DNA from: Psammoneis japonica
Taxonomy: Eukaryota
Direction: 5' to 3'
Assembly (NCBI GenBank): GCA_008632985.1
Contig: QPGO01000033.1
Span: forward strand, 310,001 to 374,000
DNA length: 64,000 nucleotides
A program made the translations under genes and the position numbers. This document shows positions 1 through 12,499 of the stretch, one piece after another. The notes beneath the pieces are model-generated. The model made no database searches and had not been told where the DNA came from. It saw only the letters and a program-made list of their open reading frames with translations. Every line of letters starts with the position of its first letter. Within the stretch, counting starts at the first letter, position 1.

Positions 1-105
1 AGGACAGTTCTTTTTCACCTGCCCAACCTTGTCACATTTCCAGCATTTGATCTGCTTCTTCTTGCTTCTTGTTTTGCACAAAACTCACGCCTGCCCAAGC
101 AAGGC
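1..105 (-). mobile_element. Gag zinc-knuckle fragment (LTR retrotransposon remnant)
   Basis: Minus strand reads KQIKCWKCDKVGQVKKNCP, a degenerate CX2CX4HX4C. It resembles the knuckle at ~3055-3095. Confidence 0.65.
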
Positions 106-109
106 TCGT

Positions 110-1760
110 TGCTTGTCAGCATGCAAAGGAGCAGAACCCTCTTGAATGAACCCAAGTTCTCAAAGGACAGAATGAATGCACAAGACCCATTTGGCAGTGG
201 CACCAGCAGCACAGACCTTGGCTTCAGCAGAACTCACAGCAGTCACCACCTGTGTCTTGCAGCGATGCAAGGCAGCAGCACCACCAGCCAACATGAGGGC
301 ATGCCCAGCAGCGGGGTGCTGATTGCAAAGGGCAGCAGCTCCACATGTGACATCCAAGAAAGCATGGAGTTGAGTGAGAGTCAGAGGATGGGAGCTGGGG
401 CAAGGAATCTTCAAACTCAAGTTGCTCAAAAAGGAGCAGCAACGGCAATGTGTGATCCTTGGCAGGCTTCTTGCAGCTGATGCCCCAATGCTTCGTGCAA
501 CACAGATGCTGGGTGCAACACCTTTCAATGCCATGCAATGTGTCAAGGCTGGGTCAGAGGCAAACTTTGACAATGTGGCAATTGTGTGCCCAGTGTCAAG
601 GTGGCAGATGACATGTGCACCAAGCAATTCACCAAGCAGGTTGTGACACCCGACACCCAAAACCTTGTGCTTCTGCCAGCTCAGCATGACTGGGGGCGCC
701 TTTTGCAGGCCAACATCAGAGTGCAACTTGGAACCAAACTCAACAAGGAGAGGAGCAGCCTGGAAATCAGAGCCCAACTCATCTGCAACAGGTTTCAACC
801 CAGCAATGCAGCCATGACAAGCAACGGAAGTGTGGTCATTGCGCCGGTGGACATCCACACCATTGAACTCAGCACAGAGCCCCAAATGCTTCAAAGGCAT
901 TTCATCCTTGCCAGGGAGTCACAGTGGCTCACCAATCAAATTTTGAATCTTGATGGCAAATGATTCCTCCAGGCATGCAACTGAGAAGTCATCAACCTGT
1001 TGGAGGAGGAGAGCATGACACTTGCCATCAAAAGTCCCACAATGGGTGCACTTGTCATGAGCAGCACTCCAAAAAAGGAGTTTTGCATCTGCCAATGTTG
1101 TGCTGATGCGATTCTCCCACAGAGCACTGGACTCAGGGTGCCCCTGCAGAGCATGAAGGATGTCAGCAGTGCCGCAGATTGGCCCAGGTCAGTCTGGGCA
1201 CCAAAGTGGTCCTTGCACCATGTGGCATGGGCTTCATCTGCTTGGATGCAAACAGGGGCTGAGGGATGCAGGGAGTGGGCACACCCATTTCAGGCATTGC
1301 CAGAGTGGAGCCAGCAACTCAGAAACTAAGAGCACAAAAAACAGCCATTGAACAGGTTGTTCCATGCAAGAAGAATGGGCACACTGCAGGCAATGCAAAG
1401 CAGGAGCCGCTTGAGGAGATCCATCACAACAGCATTGAGAACAACGTGTGTCATCTGTCTTGATGTTGTGTTGCCAGTGGAGTTGCAATGCAACAGCACC
1501 TTGTGGATGGGGTGTTGGAGCACCAAACATTCCAAGTGCAGCTGTGAAAGTGATCAAGTTGCTTGAATTCAGCATTGTGCCAAAGGGGCCAAAATCTTGT
1601 GAGGTGCTGCAGGCAATTCCAAGTGAAGCCATCCAGCTCTTGTTCCTCTGGGTCACTGCAGACATGCAAGGGTGTGTTTTCAACTTGGGCGGTGCACTGT
1701 GAGGACAATTTGAGAGGTTCTCTGTGCATTTCTGTGAGACACACATTTTTGGCACCACTG
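110..1760 (-). mobile_element. Degenerate Ty1/copia (diatom CoDi-like) pol: reverse transcriptase + RNase H, frameshifted
   Basis: Minus-strand motifs in copia order: W..AEFKQLD, GMFGAP, CCDGSPQAAP, SSCMEQP, ALQGHPESSALWE (~1115-1152), LLLQQVDDF (QVDD at 999-988), LLGELL..VICHLD.G.TIATLSKF, then RNase H-like KTQVVTAVSSAEA. Confidence 0.9.
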
Positions 1761-3039
1761 ACAGCATTGAGCTCCTGTGTGGCAATGGAGCGTGACATCT
1801 GCAACACCAGCACTTGACTCACATCTCCAGATGTGCAAGGTGTTCTTGAAATGAAGCATGCTGTGTCATTGTTGGGGTTTTCAAGGTCAGAAGAGCAAAA
1901 CGTCATTGTTGCATTGCTGTCTGTGTGGGCTTCATTCTTGGCACAAAAAAGTTGGGTTGGCAACAACTTCTGCTTCACCAACACACCTGGTGTGCCACGT
2001 GTCATTAGCAGCATCTTCAATCTTCTCCAGCCCAGGTCAAATTCTTGCATCTCAGTTGACTGTGGCTTTCTCAATTCACACTCTGTCTCCATAAATTTGC
2101 ACCCACCATGAAAAAGATGCAACTTGTTCCTCCCAGCTGCTTGAGCCAAGCACTGTTGAACAACAAAGGCTCTGGAAGTGCATCATTGGCTGGCACCAGA
2201 TTGGGCCACACACAGACTCTCAAATTGTTGCCTTCATTCCACAAACAAACTGGGCATTCTTGTTGATGTCAAACAACCAAAGCTGTGCCTTGGCGAGCAA
2301 GGACAATGGTGACAGCTGTGGCTGCTTCAACATGGCTTCTTGCAGCAGTCATTTCCTGCATCTTCTCTGCCTTTTGAGCTTGTTTGCATGTTTGACTGGC
2401 CACGACAAGGGCATTCACCAGCCCAACACTTGACAGCTGCTTCAGCTGATTGAGCTCCTTGCATTTGATCATGAGCACACTTGCTCTCCCAGCAGCTTTT
2501 CTCATCTGGTCAGCACAGGATTTGAGCATCAGCAAGTCTTTTGAGAAGGCAGCCACAGCATTGATCAGCTGGAGTGTGAGATCATCTCATCAGATGGATG
2601 CAACAGCTGTGACTGTCCCTGAGGCACTGGCAGAGATTTTTCTTCACACTTGGATCCACTTGTGTGCGTGACAGCAACAGGGCAGCTGTTGCCTCTTGTG
2701 CACCTGCTCTGCACACAGCATCAATGTGAACAGCAGACAGAGAGCAAGTCGTTCCCAGCATCCAAGAACTTGAGTGCATTTGTGCAGCGCAAATTTCCAA
2801 AATGAGAGTGGCATTTCTAACATTCCTGACCTGAGCAGCATGCCACAATGCACTGGCCCCATCTGTGTGTGTCTTTCCTGCTGCCGCTTCTGCAGTGAAA
2901 GCACCCTGGTGTTCAAGTTTCATTTCTTGCCAAACAGCACACATTTGGTCTTGTTGGAAACCATGCTGCCCAGTGCTGCTGCTTTGACCACTCCACCAAT
3001 TCCCATGGCCTGCATCATCTGACTCTGCCAGCAAATGAT

Positions 3040-3480
3040 CATTGTCAAAACAAACCTTTTTTGCATGCCCAGCCTTGTCACATTTCCAGCATTGACTCTG
3101 CTTCTTCTCATTCTGTGCAACAAAACTTGCACCTTCAGGCTTCTTGATGGGCCAACACGGCCACACATGTGTCCAACACCTGTGTTGCCTCCTTGCCCAA
3201 ATTGGGGCAATTGTCAATCCCAGTGCAAACTGCCAGCGCACGTCTTTCAAGAAGTGCCAACATTCCTTGGCACCTTCCATTGGCAGTGCCACCAACAACT
3301 TGTTCTGTCTTTCTTCTGGGTGTCGTCCGCCGCGTCCTTGCTGAACCCAACTTCTTTCTTGGCAATTTCTTCTGGCATGAGTCTGTTGCAGGACCCTTCT
3401 CCACCATCTCAACAGTGCCCACATGAGCCAACTGCCCCTCTCCTTTGTCCTGACAAATGAGCACCAGCTGCCTCCAAGCC
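3040..3480 (-). mobile_element. Degenerate gag of an LTR retrotransposon
   Basis: LLVAL.MEGA...FLKDVR.QFALGIDNCP followed by the zinc knuckle CWKCDKAGHAKKVC. Frameshifted. Confidence 0.75.
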
Positions 3481-6400
3481 TCAGCAACCTCTGGACATTG
3501 TGAGGTGTGAGGGTGCACTCTCACTTGTTTGCATGTCAAACAGGATCAACTTAAGAGTTTTCAACAATGCCGCCATGCCCCACTCCTTTGCAACCATTGT
3601 CATGTCAACCAGGCTGCACACAGAACAACCAGGTGTCAGAGAAACAAACTGGTGTTGGAGGAAGCACGGACAGACTAAAAAGTGCTGGAGCTTCTCTTTC
3701 TTGCACATTCTGCTGCAAGACAAATGGGTGAAAGGCAGACAAAAGCTCTTTTGTGAGACATGCAGTTGATTGTGTGTGTTGCAGGTTCTCAAAGTGTGCG
3801 TCAAAGAAAAAAGATTGTGGCCAACAGGAATCATTCAGAATGTGTTGCAAGAGTCACAATTGGCATTTTGCATGGGGAAAAACACCAAATCGTGTGGAAA
3901 TGCACACCATGTCACACGAGAGGGTGATTGGAGCTGGTGACTTTTTGGGAACTCAATTGAAATGTCATCTGACCAAAGGCATTTTGACCCACATGGTAAA
4001 GAGCAACGCCTTTGGTCAGACATTTCAATTGATTTTCCAAGAAGTTGACATTTGAGTGCAGAAGGGCAGACAGATGGACAATGATCATTTCTGGCACTCT
4101 TCCACACAATTTCTACACAATGACTCTGAGAGCCACAATGATTCCTGTTGATGCCTTTTTTGGTGCAACCACTTGCATTTGAAGCAAGCCAGCAGCAAGT
4201 GCCACAGCACAGTGCTGGCCAATGGCCAGCAGCTTGACTCATCTTTTTTGGCTCCTGAGCACTTGTGTGCAGATCTTCCCCTCCAAACATTGTGAAAGCC
4301 CCCAGCTTGGCAGTGCCACCCAAGTGTTGCCTTTGGGGCATGTGAGTGGCTGGGGCTCTGGTCAATGGGCAGAAAGGGCACACCAAGCTGAGGTGGCTCC
4401 ATTGATGTGGCGCATGTGCAAGGTCACCTCATTTTTTTGTGGTCTTTCATTGTGAGCTCACCCCACACAAGTTGGCTGACAAGCCTGCTCCCTTTGAGTG
4501 GTTTGTTTTGGGTGTCTTTTCCTTCTTGGCTGGAAAATGGTGTGGCTGGCTCTCTTGAGTGACACAAGAAGCAGCTCTGGAAAAATGCAAAAGGCTGGCT
4601 GGCCACCAAAGCATGCGAGTGGCCAACACATTGAAAGCTGATGAAGATGCACTGGTGCTGGGGAAGGCATCTGGCATTGGAGAGTGGTGCCACGGCTTGC
4701 CAGCCAGTGTGCTTTTGGCCTCGCTGACCTCCAACTCACCACATGGCTTGCAAACATGTTTTTCAACTGGGCGCAGAAGCCAAGCAGCAAGCACAAGACC
4801 CACAACTCAACATGAGCTGCAAATGTGCAAATCCACCACATTTGTCAACAATCATCATCAGCACATTCTTTGCTGCAGCATTGTCTGCTGTCTGTCATGC
4901 AAAAACTGCCTTGCACCCCAATGTTCCAGCACATGAGCATTGCACACACAGTGTGTTGTCTCATGTCCAACAACCAATGGTTTGTTCACACTTTGTTTCT
5001 GCTGCACATGTTTTGGGTGTGTGTGAGTTTGAGGGGGGGTCTCTTGCATGCCATGACAATTTTGTGGCAAATGTGGGGATGATCCCCTTGACAGGTGATT
5101 GGAGCATGGGCAGCTGAGCAATTTTTTGGCCAGCACTCCACCAGCCATGCATGGCACAATTTTTCTGCAGAAACAGCACTGGTTGCATGATGGCACTCTC
5201 AACACACCAAATCATCTTTTGCAAGCAGGGCACCCACCACAAAATGTGCACATGGCTGTGTTTTGTTTTGACCTTCAAACAGGAGTGGTTGTCAAATTGT
5301 CAAAGCTTTGGCAAAAATCATCTGCTGTGTGTTGCAAAAAGTGATTTGTCATGATGGAGAACATTGGTTGCACAAAAACAACAACAATGTTGCAATGCTG
5401 ACGTGAGTCTTATTGGCATTGCAAAATGCCAAAATTTGGACAAAGAATCTGTGCTTTTGGTGTGGCGAAAGCTTGCTTGCAAGTGAGAAACCACACACAG
5501 AAATCACACAAATGTCTTTTTTCAGCATGATGCACTTGGTTTGCATGCAGCTGGAATTCATTGCTGCTGGGGTTGACACTTGCCACAGGACACCATCTGA
5601 GCAGCATGATGGCTGGCCGTGCATCAAAAAAGCACCTTGCTTCAATCACGAGGGCTTGGCGTTGTGGCTGCAAGTTTGCATGGCTTTTTTTCTGTTGGGG
5701 CAATTGCTGATTTGTTTGTTGCACTGAATGATTTTGCCATCAATCTTGTGCACAGAATTTTGTTGTGGGGGGCTGTGTCACACAGCAGCCTCCCACCCAC
5801 AGCCCCAATGCACATGTGTTTTTTCCACTTTCACATTTTTTGTGCACACTCCACTTCAACAAAAATGATGAGAACACAAACAAAGCAGAAATCCCTTGCA
5901 ACAGCCAGTTGAGCTGAAGCTTGTCTTTTGTTTCTGCTGGGCAGCAGCTTGCTGCACCAAGCCCCAGCACTGCAGCAGCATGCAAAATCACACCACTGCA
6001 CTGCCTGCCTTTTACCCTGCTCTTCTCACCCCAGCCCACACAGCACTGTGCCACACACCGCACATGCTTGCACCCCCTTTCCTTCACTCTTCCATGCCAC
6101 AATGTCAGCTGCACCTCTTTTTTTTCTCTGTGGTTGGTGTGCTGCTGCTGCCCCAATCAGAACCAGCTTTTTAACATGCTTGCACATTGAAAGCATCTGC
6201 CTTCTCAAAAGAGAGTTTGAGAGAAAAAATGAATGCAGCACAACAAAACACAAAGAACTGCACACACGCGCTGTGGGCTCTCACCTGAGTGGTGGAGCTT
6301 GGCCACCCACCCTGCCAAAGCTTGTCTTCATCTTGCCACTGCACACACACCTTGGTCACTCAAACTTGTTTGGACAAGCAACAGAAACAAAACAAATGCC

Positions 6401-7173
6401 CTGAGCTGAGCATCTTGAGAGAAACAATGAACAGGAAGCTTGACAAGGAACCATTTGAGAGGGTGCTCTCTTTTTGTGTGTGTTGCAACTCTTTTGTGAG
6501 AAAACACAAAATCATCACAACAGAAGACAACCAGCAGGGGGGCGGTCATCATCGGTGCTTGCAATGAAGGCTCAAAAACTTTGAGACAGAAACTTTGACC
6601 TGTTCTACAATGTGGAAATTCCTGCACTTAGTTTGGGTCACTTGACAGTTGCACACACCGAACTGCATGGTCTCACATGCCATGCAAGCTGCATTGGAAG
6701 GCATTCATTTGCATCAGTGTTGCCGCACACTGACACCCCACATCTGAAGTGTGCAGCAACATTGTTTGTTTCTGCCATCACAAAAATGCCAAAGATTTCT
6801 TGGATGGGATTGTGACGAAAGTGGAGCTGAGACCTCATGATTGGCAAGACACAGATTTCTTCTGAGTTTCCAGCTCACCAAAAAAGCTGTCACAAAGAGG
6901 AAACGGTGTGTCCCAAACACATGGCAGGAAACTGCCGGCTGTGGTCATGAGGGAGTGCTGCTAGCATGTACGATATCCAGAGGCCGCTCAGGGTGAATTG
7001 CTTGTTAATTGCTACCTCGAGATTTTGCCCCATGAACAAACAATTTTGGTCCTGATGGAGAGAAGGCTCGTGATTAGAGTGGGAACGAGAGTGCCAATGA
7101 CGTTGAGTTATTGGCTCGTAAAACACTAGCTAGAGTAAAACTTGTCGAGCTGAGTTAACCCTGAAAAGACATT

Positions 7174-10120
7174 CTACTTCTGCATTGAATTGCGTTCATC
7201 TTCGTGATACTTTATATCAAGCCTTTGCCCCCCAAAAGGGAAGCCGTCTGTGCGAGTAACATCGAATATTATTCCAGGGCGCTGAAATGACACATACCTA
7301 TACGAAGTGCAATTGCAAAAGAAAGCCAGAGACAGGTCAGGTAAATGAGGAAGAGTGGCAATGAACAAGAACGTTTAGCTAAACAAACCAGAAAGCAAAA
7401 CCCACACTTACATGTGCATATTATCTGGAGAGAAAGCCAATCCTGTTGTCTCGCCTATGTAAGACTCACTGTTAAACAATACGAATAGAAGCAGCAAGAG
7501 GCAGGTCAGTGAAAAAGACAGGCACAATAGATCGAAATGCATTCAGTGATTCTGTCGTACTCGTGTGACTCGAGGATAGTGTAAAGCTTCCCGTTTATAT
7601 CTCGCCCGTGAACTCCACAAGTACCCTTCTTACCCCCATCCTCACAAAAATATAGAATGGCGCTTTCGTCATCTCCTAGCAGTCTCGCGACTTGATCGGG
7701 ACCATTGTCAAAAGCGCCGGACTTCGTCGAAGACCTTTCAAACCTTTGTTCATCCAGATCCAAAATAAATAGCGACTTATCCTTTTTGCAAGTAAAGTAC
7801 AAAATTCCTTGCCTCACGTCGATGCCTTCGCAGTTCTGGGAATAGTTGAAGGCGCTTTCGCGCCCTTTATCAAGGTTTTCAGTCCAATAAAACGAGCCTT
7901 TGTCTTGGTCCGACTCGCGGGGCAAAAGCACGAGATATTGCAGTCTTGCTGTGCCAGTCTGGTTTGTATGCAATAAGTTACTGTAATCCGGGGGATCCGT
8001 TGCCAATGCTGTTTTAATTGCTTTCTGATCTGGTACGTACTTCACAACTGGTCCGTTGATCTCATCCGTCGTAACGAAAAACGACGGATTCCAAATGTCG
8101 CGGTTGTCATATGCTGCACTCTCATATTTGGCACCAGCTCCACCCAACAACGTTTGTCTCGCCACTCTTTTCCCTTTCGGGTCAACCTCCCAAACCTGAC
8201 CTCCTTCGTCTTCTTCACAAGTCAGAAATGAACCCCACCAAGTCTTGCCCCCTCCGCAGTTTCGCCGAGTCAATCCATCAACGATCTTTTCATAGCGAAC
8301 AACGTCGCCGTTGCTATTGAATGTTATGGCACCCACTCCGCCTATAGGGGAAGGAATACAAAATATTGAAAATTGAAAAGTCCGGGACGAGGTTTCCCTC
8401 ACAGTGTAGCGGAATAGATTCGTCAATGATACATACCATTCTTGGTGCTTTCGGCGTTCGAAACATAGATCCACCCGCCGCTCTCTTCGTCAGCAAACAC
8501 TGCCGCTCCGTCTGGGTCCTCATGCATGTCGACGTCCGATTCTCCGCCATTACCATATTGTACCTTTTGGTCTTTTATTGCAACTATCTTTGCCGTCAAT
8601 CCAGTCGAAAGTAAAAGTCCATTTTCGATCAACGATCTATCCCCCGGTATGTATGAAGCCTTGGGACTTATTTGATTGCTTTCACCGCCAATCTTGACAC
8701 AGTAGTCTATCCCAGAAATGTCGCCATTCCCACCAATGTTGCACCCATCGACCACTTCATCAGTCGTTCTAGAAACACACACGAGGCCTGGCTTACAGTT
8801 CTCGTCATTTCCTTCGCAGTTGCCTTCGCACCGTCTGCACCGAGACCACTCCTTGCACTTATTTTCTTTAATTCGAAGGGGCCGATTACGTACCGTGCTG
8901 ACTGGCTTGTTGAGTTGTTCGTTGGTTGGCGGTGAAGTTGATGTGATAGGCTTAGTCGTTGGTGAAGGTGTCGCCATTTTAGTAGGAGAAGTGGATCCTG
9001 GCTTGTTGAGTTGTTCGTTGGTTGGCGGTGAAGTTGATGTGATTGGCTTGGTCGTTGGTGAAGGTGTCGCCATTTTAGTAGAAGAAGTGGATGGTGGCAC
9101 CGTCACAACAACTGCAGTCGACACTGTTGTAGGCGTAGCTGTGGAATTTTGGGGTGGCTCCGTTGGTTTTGGTGGGACGACGCAATACCTTACTAATTCC
9201 ACACCTGTGCCCACACAACCGGGGATTTCGTCATTCGCGTTCTCTCTTTCATGACACTCGAGATTACCACGACAATCATCACTTTGTCTACAGGATCCTT
9301 GACATTCACCCAACGGGAAAGCTTTAGCTGGTTGCCCTCCAAAGCCTTGTACCACTAACATGTTCGGCTTCGTTGGTCTCGTACAAAAGTCACTGCCGAG
9401 GATCGCTTCTTCGGAAATGCTCCCTTGACATCCAGGGACTCTTTCATTTATTGGAGGGACACATACGAGCCCGAAGTCGCACTCGATGTCGCTTCTACAT
9501 GAGCCCTCGCAAAGCCCTAGAGGAAACAGCTCCGGATTGCTAGTAGAATTCCCAATGTAAACCACACTCACCAACTCCGTCGTAACTGGAGAGGTCGGTG
9601 TAGCTGTCGGTTCTTGTTGTGTTTCAGACGGAGCGCCAGTAAAAGCCAATGTCGGGGATGCTCGTGTCGGCATTGATGACGACAATGATGCTTGGGTTGG
9701 AGTTGATGATCGATCTTGTGATGAGGAGGGCGCTTCCGTCGAGGACGGCTTATCCGTGGAAGAGGGCACTTCCGTCGAGGACGGCTTTGCCACGAAAGAG
9801 GGTGCTTCCGTCGAGGACGGCCTTTCTGTGAAGATTCCCGTTGATGATGGAGCTTCAGTTGTTATGTTTCCTGTGGACGGAGCTTTTGTTTCTACTTTTT
9901 CGCCAAATGGTGTGATTGGCTCAGGAGCGGAAGTTGGCGGGACTGACGATGGTACTACTTCATCGGACGACGAACCCTTGAATGTGTACCATAGAACGCA
10001 AAAAGTCCCAGTAAAGAAGAAGATTAGAACGACATAAAGGGTATATCTTCTCTCAAACAAGAACTTTTTGACCGCAACTGTTCGTCGTTGCTTGCTGCTC
10101 GATTCTTGTTGTCCTGTCAT
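7174..10120 (-). CDS. Membrane-anchored PhoX-like (DUF839) alkaline phosphatase with Ser/Thr/Pro stalk and three frustulin-like Cys-rich repeats; about 4 exons
   Basis: N-terminal TM helix and S/T/P-rich stalk. Repeats CEGSC, CQGSC and CEGNC. PhoX-type motifs PDGAAVF, YVSNAE, NCGGGKTWWGSFLTCEE, ETTGLAFSPD and YVSFQ. GT-AG intron at 8436-8342 joins in frame; further introns near 7555-7472 and 7411-7298. Confidence 0.85.
8903..9082 (-). repeat. Intragenic tandem duplication (~93 bp x2) encoding KMATPSPTTKPITSTSPPTNEQLNKP
   Basis: Two near-identical copies visible in both DNA and protein. Additional PSSTEAPS-type repeats at ~9720-9830. Confidence 0.9.
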
Positions 10121-11919
10121 GGGGACGCTTCTCTGATAAGTTTACTGTAGCGTAAATGAGGGATACAAAACGCTGACCGTCAAATTACTCTAATACCGCC
10201 GCGTTGGTCGTGGCGTGACTTTCATGCGATTCGCCGGTGAGTGATTAACAAGGTCATCATGGATCAGGACTCCCGAAATTGTGAGACCAATTTGCACGCC
10301 ATAGGAGACATTAGTTGGGTCATCTTTCTCGAATCCACGATGACCTTTGATTGAACATCCTTCAGCTTCTTATGCTGATAACGTTGAATTTCATTTTTTT
10401 TGAAATTTTTAATCCTATTATGCCCCAGACATTTCACGGGCGTTTCACGTTGCCTCGGCAGAATGTTGGTGGAAACAAAGAGGAGAGAGGAAGATTGAAG
10501 AGAGGAAGAAAGAAAAGACAAAATGAAGAAGGAAGGGGGGATTGCTGTGGGGGAAAGAGCATGTTTGAGTTGTGCTCCAGCAGTGGACAAACAAAAGCTT
10601 TCAAAAGGGGGAGAAGTTTGCAGCTGACAAATCAACAAAGAAAAACTCTGCGAAACAAAAAAGGGCAGGCCGAGAGCAAGAAATAAATTCAACCAGATCT
10701 CACTGGCAATTCACCCTGTTGGTTTGTCAATGAAACCAAGCTTGACCTTCTTGACCCACATGAAAAATGAGCAGAACATTGGGGAGAAAGAGATGAATCC
10801 AACCTCGACATCACCAAAAAGACAAAAGGCCTCGTTGGCTCTGCAAAAAAAGATGGCACGCGGTGTTTCTCCTCTGGAGATGAGTTTCATTCCAGCAGGT
10901 GAGACACACACACACATGGAGGTAGGACATTCTTGCACCCATCCTTCTTTTGGAACCTGTGACCATGCATTTTGTGCCAGCAAATCTTGTTCTTGATGCT
11001 CTTTCCCCAGCAGCTGTTGTTTTTCATTGTGCTTCTTTCATTGAAATCCTGTCCGCTGGTTTGAAATGTGATGGCCATTGATTTTTTTGCTTGGAAAATG
11101 TGGACAACAACAAAAAAGTCTTCAGGAGGAGTTGATTTTTGGTGTGATGAGCAAATGATGGTTCAGCACATGTTGCTGTTTTTCAGGTGCATTTTGCATG
11201 TTGTGAGCCTTCTGAAGAGCACTTGTGTGCACGGTCTAACTTGGGATTTGGTGCATTTCCCTTGAAAGATGGCACAGAGCTAAGTCTCTGAGTCAATTGG
11301 AGTTGGCTCTGGATCTTTCTCCTTTGGCATCTCCAGTCCTGGTGGGCTGCTCTGCTCAGGGGAGGATGGTCATTGGCTCAGTTTTCTGTCACTCCAGCAT
11401 CCATTTCTCCTGCTCTTCCAGTCCCCAGTGAATTCTGGCTGTGCACAGTTGCTGTCTTTGCCCATGTGGGAGTTTTAGCCATTTGTGGATCTTACCTTGC
11501 ATGTTTCAGTTTTTGAAGTTGTGGGTTCTTCCTTGTTGTGCACATGTGCACAGCAGCAGGAGATGATCATGGTCTGCCAGTTGTTCGATTTCAAGGCACT
11601 TTTGGTTGAACCCTTGCCATTGATGGAGCTCTGATTGCCAACTTTGCTGGGCTGGTGTTAAAGTTTAGGCCCTTGCCTCATCATGCAGAGCTGCACAGCC
11701 TTCTTCCCTTTCTTTGGCTTCTTTTTTGGTTGATGGAATTTTGTGTTTTTGTGTGTTTTCTCGACCCAAACTGTGACAACTTGTTTTTGGTCAGAAATGC
11801 TTCTAACTTTCATTCCTTGCCCCCAACATCCAACAATTGGGGAGTCATCAGACAAAGACAGTGATTGATGTCATTGGTGTCATGTTTCAAACGTGCTTCT
11901 TGCACCCGCCGAGCGCTTG

Positions 11920-12125
11920 GGGGTGTCCTGAATGAGACATTCCTTGCAACAAATGACAAAGCTGTCAACAGCAGGACAGTTGGGCACTTCAGTTGATGTG
12001 CATTGGGTCAAGGGTTGTCAAAATGATGAAGTCCTTTGTGAGCATCTTTCCTCTCCAGCCAAACTGAGTGTTCAAGCTGACAAGTTGGTGAGCAGCCAGA
12101 TGCCAAAGTTTGCACCCCCGGGGGA
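11920..12125 (+). mobile_element. LINE RNase H fragment (copy 1)
   Basis: VDVHWVKGHQNDEVLCEHLSSPAKLSVQADKLV matches the RNase H C-terminal pattern WVKGHQ...N..AD.LA. Confidence 0.7.
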
Positions 12126-12442
12126 TGGCAGGTGGTGATGGTTCAGTTGTTCAATTTCAAGGCACTTTTGGTGAGACCCTTGCCATTCTTGACAAAGCTC
12201 TGACTGCTGATTGTGCTGGTCTGGTGTTTGGGTTCAGACCCTTGTCTCATCATGCAGAGTCATGCAGCCTTCTTTCCTTTCTTGGCTTCTTTTTTGACTG
12301 ATGGAATTTTGTGATTGGGTGTTTCCCCAAGAAGGCTTGGACTTGCACTGTGACAACTCATCTTTGGCCAGACATGTTTCTGACTTTCATGCCTTGCCTC
12401 AGCACCCCAAAGATGGGGAGTTGTCAGACAAGGATGACAGTG

Positions 12443-12465
12443 ATCATCATCATCATCATCATCAT
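12443..12465 (+). repeat. (CAT)n microsatellite; shorter copy at ~16748-16764
   Basis: Direct reading of the sequence. Confidence 0.9.
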
Positions 12466-12499
12466 GTTTGGCAAATGTGCTTGCACCACAGAGTGGAGG

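Larger units (their letters stand above)
1..6950. repeat. Hypermutated transposon-derived block (TpA- and CpG-depleted, TpG/CpA-rich)
   Basis: Only about a dozen TA dinucleotides in ~7 kb by eye and few CG. ORFs in all frames almost lack Tyr and are rich in C/H/Q/W/M. Contains copia pol and gag remnants. Normal composition resumes at ~6960. Confidence 0.9.

Noticed and set aside
7150..7165. TTAACCCT resembling a piggyBac end
   Set aside because: No matching opposite terminus found, and it lies in the 3' flank of the PhoX-like gene.
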